A stretch of 64,000 nt of DNA from Mobula hypostoma (taxonomy: Eukaryota). The notes under the pieces are model-generated. The model ran no database searches and had not been told where the DNA came from. It was given only the letters and a program-made list of their open reading frames with translations. Positions within the stretch are counted from its first letter, which is position 1. Every line of letters starts with the position of its first letter. The stretch is from the NCBI RefSeq assembly GCF_963921235.1, contig NC_086108.1, forward strand, positions 81,346,001 through 81,410,000, given 5' to 3'. The translations under genes and the position numbers were made by a program. Below are positions 61,600-64,000 of this stretch, in pieces.

Positions 61600-64000
61600 A
61601 TAACAAACCCTACATACCAAAACAAAATTCATCATTAAAATTTACAAACATTGTTAATACTTTCAATAACACTATGTTACCACAATATTTAGGAAAAATT
61701 GAGATAGTTGAAGAACTACACACAATAACAAACTGCACAGCATTAACAGCAATGCAATGCAATAGAGACACTCATTAATAGAAACCCAAAACTGAGTAAT
61801 GAAATGAGAACACCGAAATGGAAGAAGAGATTAAGAAGCAGTTAAAACCTTAAAAGCAGAAGTAGCCCACCTAATGGAGTATAATATGGATAACCATGCA
61901 AGAAAGTTAAGCGAAAAGTGAAGGAAATACGGAGGAAATATAAGGTCCACACAAGATAAGATCAACGTAACAAAAGCACTGTAGAATTTATAGATACACT
62001 AAAACAAAAGTTTGACGCTTGCAAACCTAGAATAAATAGATACATGAAATGCACCAGATGAAGGAAACAGAATGATCAGTTCAGAAACAATGATAAAGGT
62101 TTATACAGAACATTGAAACTAAATTCAATGTGACCAATCCAGCATAGAATTACCATCAAACACAGAGGTTATAAGCTTTTGGTCTACTATCTGGTCAACA
62201 GGCTAACATACAATCAAGAAGCAAGCTGGATTAGGGAGGAAAAAGAATGCACCCACACAATTGAAGACCTGCAAACACCTGAAGTTACAATGGATTTGTT
62301 AGAAGTGGTTATAAAAAGTATGCACAACTAGAGAAGTACTGGCAGTGATAATATGCATAATTATTGGTGTAAAAACATTACTTGCCTTCACCTGTACCTA
62401 TTAATACCTATCAACAATTGTCTTAAAAGTCATGAAAAAGTATCAGAATTTTAGACAGAAGGTAAACAATATATCTTACCTGCAGGAAAAATCATAAATG
62501 ATCTATCAAAATATCATTCTATTACTTGTTTACAAACTATATATAAATTTGTAACATCATGCATCATGCAATTAATCACCACTCACATGGATAATTATAA
62601 CATACAGTACTTACAGAAGAGTAGAAAGGATGCTGTAAGCGTCTGAAAGGATGTAAAGAACAAATGGTAACAAATTCTGTATTTCTAAATCAAGCTCAGG
62701 GGAAAAACAGAAATCTTTTACGTTGTTATATTAACCACCAAAAAGCACTTGATTCTGTCCCACACTCATGGTTAATAGAAATTTGCAATTATATATAAAC
62801 TACACCCAATACTCATGACATTCCTACAGCATCTGATGAAGCATTGGTGTACAATAATCACCCTGTCTATTAATAACCAAAAGAGAACAACCACTGTTAT
62901 CAAAATAAACCGAGGCATTTTCCAGGGTGACTCTCCAAGCCCACTATGGTTTTGTCTAGATTTAAACTCACTCTCTAGTTCACTGAATCAACAAAAATAG
63001 GGTATCAAATCAGAAACAACCAAATAAGTTATACCTTGATACCCCTTCTTTGATTTGAAATTATACACTTCCTCATCAGTAAAGCTAAAGCAATTAATTC
63101 AAATAGTGGAAGTATTTACAAAATATATAAACATGAACTTTGGATTAGATAAGTGCAGAATATTAAACATAAAGGTGCAATAGAACTTGTAGAATATAAA
63201 ACAGAGCAGCAAGATACAATACAACTGCTGGATGAATATAAAACATACAAGTATCTGTGATATCAACAAGCAAAGAAAATAGATCATAATGTGGTAAAGG
63301 GAAAACTTTTGATATAATTTACTTTAAGAAAACCTGCCAAACAGAGCTCAGTAGTAAAAATATAACAAATGCAGTAAACACTTTTGCCATGTTCATATTA
63401 ATGTATTCTTTTGGCATAATATCTTGGTTCGAAACTGATCTGGAAAATTTACAAAGGAAAATAAGAACTGAAGTGACCAATTTTAGAAAACACTAAGTAC
63501 TCTCAAACACACTCAAGACTACCTAGGACAGAAGGGGGAAGAGGAATAACAGATATTAAAAATATTTAAACAACAGCTGGATAAAACTTCTAAGGATTTA
63601 TTTTCATCAATGAAAACAGGATTCAGCACTCCAAATGAGCATATATCATTCAGATAAGAAGTACACACCACAAAACTTAAATGAACCACAACCCAGAAAA
63701 GTGAATAAATTATCACTTCAGAAGAAAAAAATGTTAACCAAGGGAAGAGCATGACCCGCCATGGAAAACATCCCCTTTATCTGAGCAGACTGGATGTCGA
63801 CTAGAAAGTGTTGAGTGCCTGGCTCAGTTTTGGAGACCTTTTTCCAGAAGCAGAGCAGTTCTTTGTGGCAATGCAGGACCAGGTGGTTAACACAAAAAAA
63901 AAAATCAAATTACTTAATAAGGAACCAACAAATTCAAGATGATAAATGCAGAAAATGTCAAGAGAAACCAGAAACAATCCAACTGATTACAGGATCCTGC
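61600..64000 (+). mobile_element. R4/Dong-like RLE retrotransposon, degraded RT region, runs off the window
   Basis: STGSDNMHNYW, ITCLQTIYK, GCKEQMV, KALDSVPHSWL, RGIFQGDSPSPLWFC, MNFGLDKC, PRTEGGRGI, QDQVVNT; many stops and frameshifts. Confidence 0.8.

Overview
Vertebrate, repeat-dominated non-coding DNA with no recognisable host-gene exon, rRNA, true tRNA gene or CRISPR array. The repeat mix (CR1/HER1-like LINEs with (TTCTATG)n or (TCTTATGG)n tails, HE1-like V-SINEs, Rex1/Babar, Penelope) points by inference to a cartilaginous fish, probably a ray, and to a large intron or gene desert. All long ORFs are retrotransposon-derived or low-complexity artefacts. Highlights: (1) two near-identical ~95-bp units with the same ends and flanking duplications, carrying a minimal hammerhead ribozyme derived from a Penelope terminal repeat; (2) a four-level nest CR1 > CR1 > L1 > RTE resolved by target-site duplications; (3) several cases of neighbouring repeats sharing private lesions or templated segments, suggesting local copying; (4) a 2.85-kb TG-based compound satellite with about 45 E-box/M-box-like motifs; (5) restriction-like-endonuclease retroelements (HERO-like, R4/Dong-like). 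Family names come from motif recognition, not database searches. Boundaries of old relics are approximate (about +/-30 bp).
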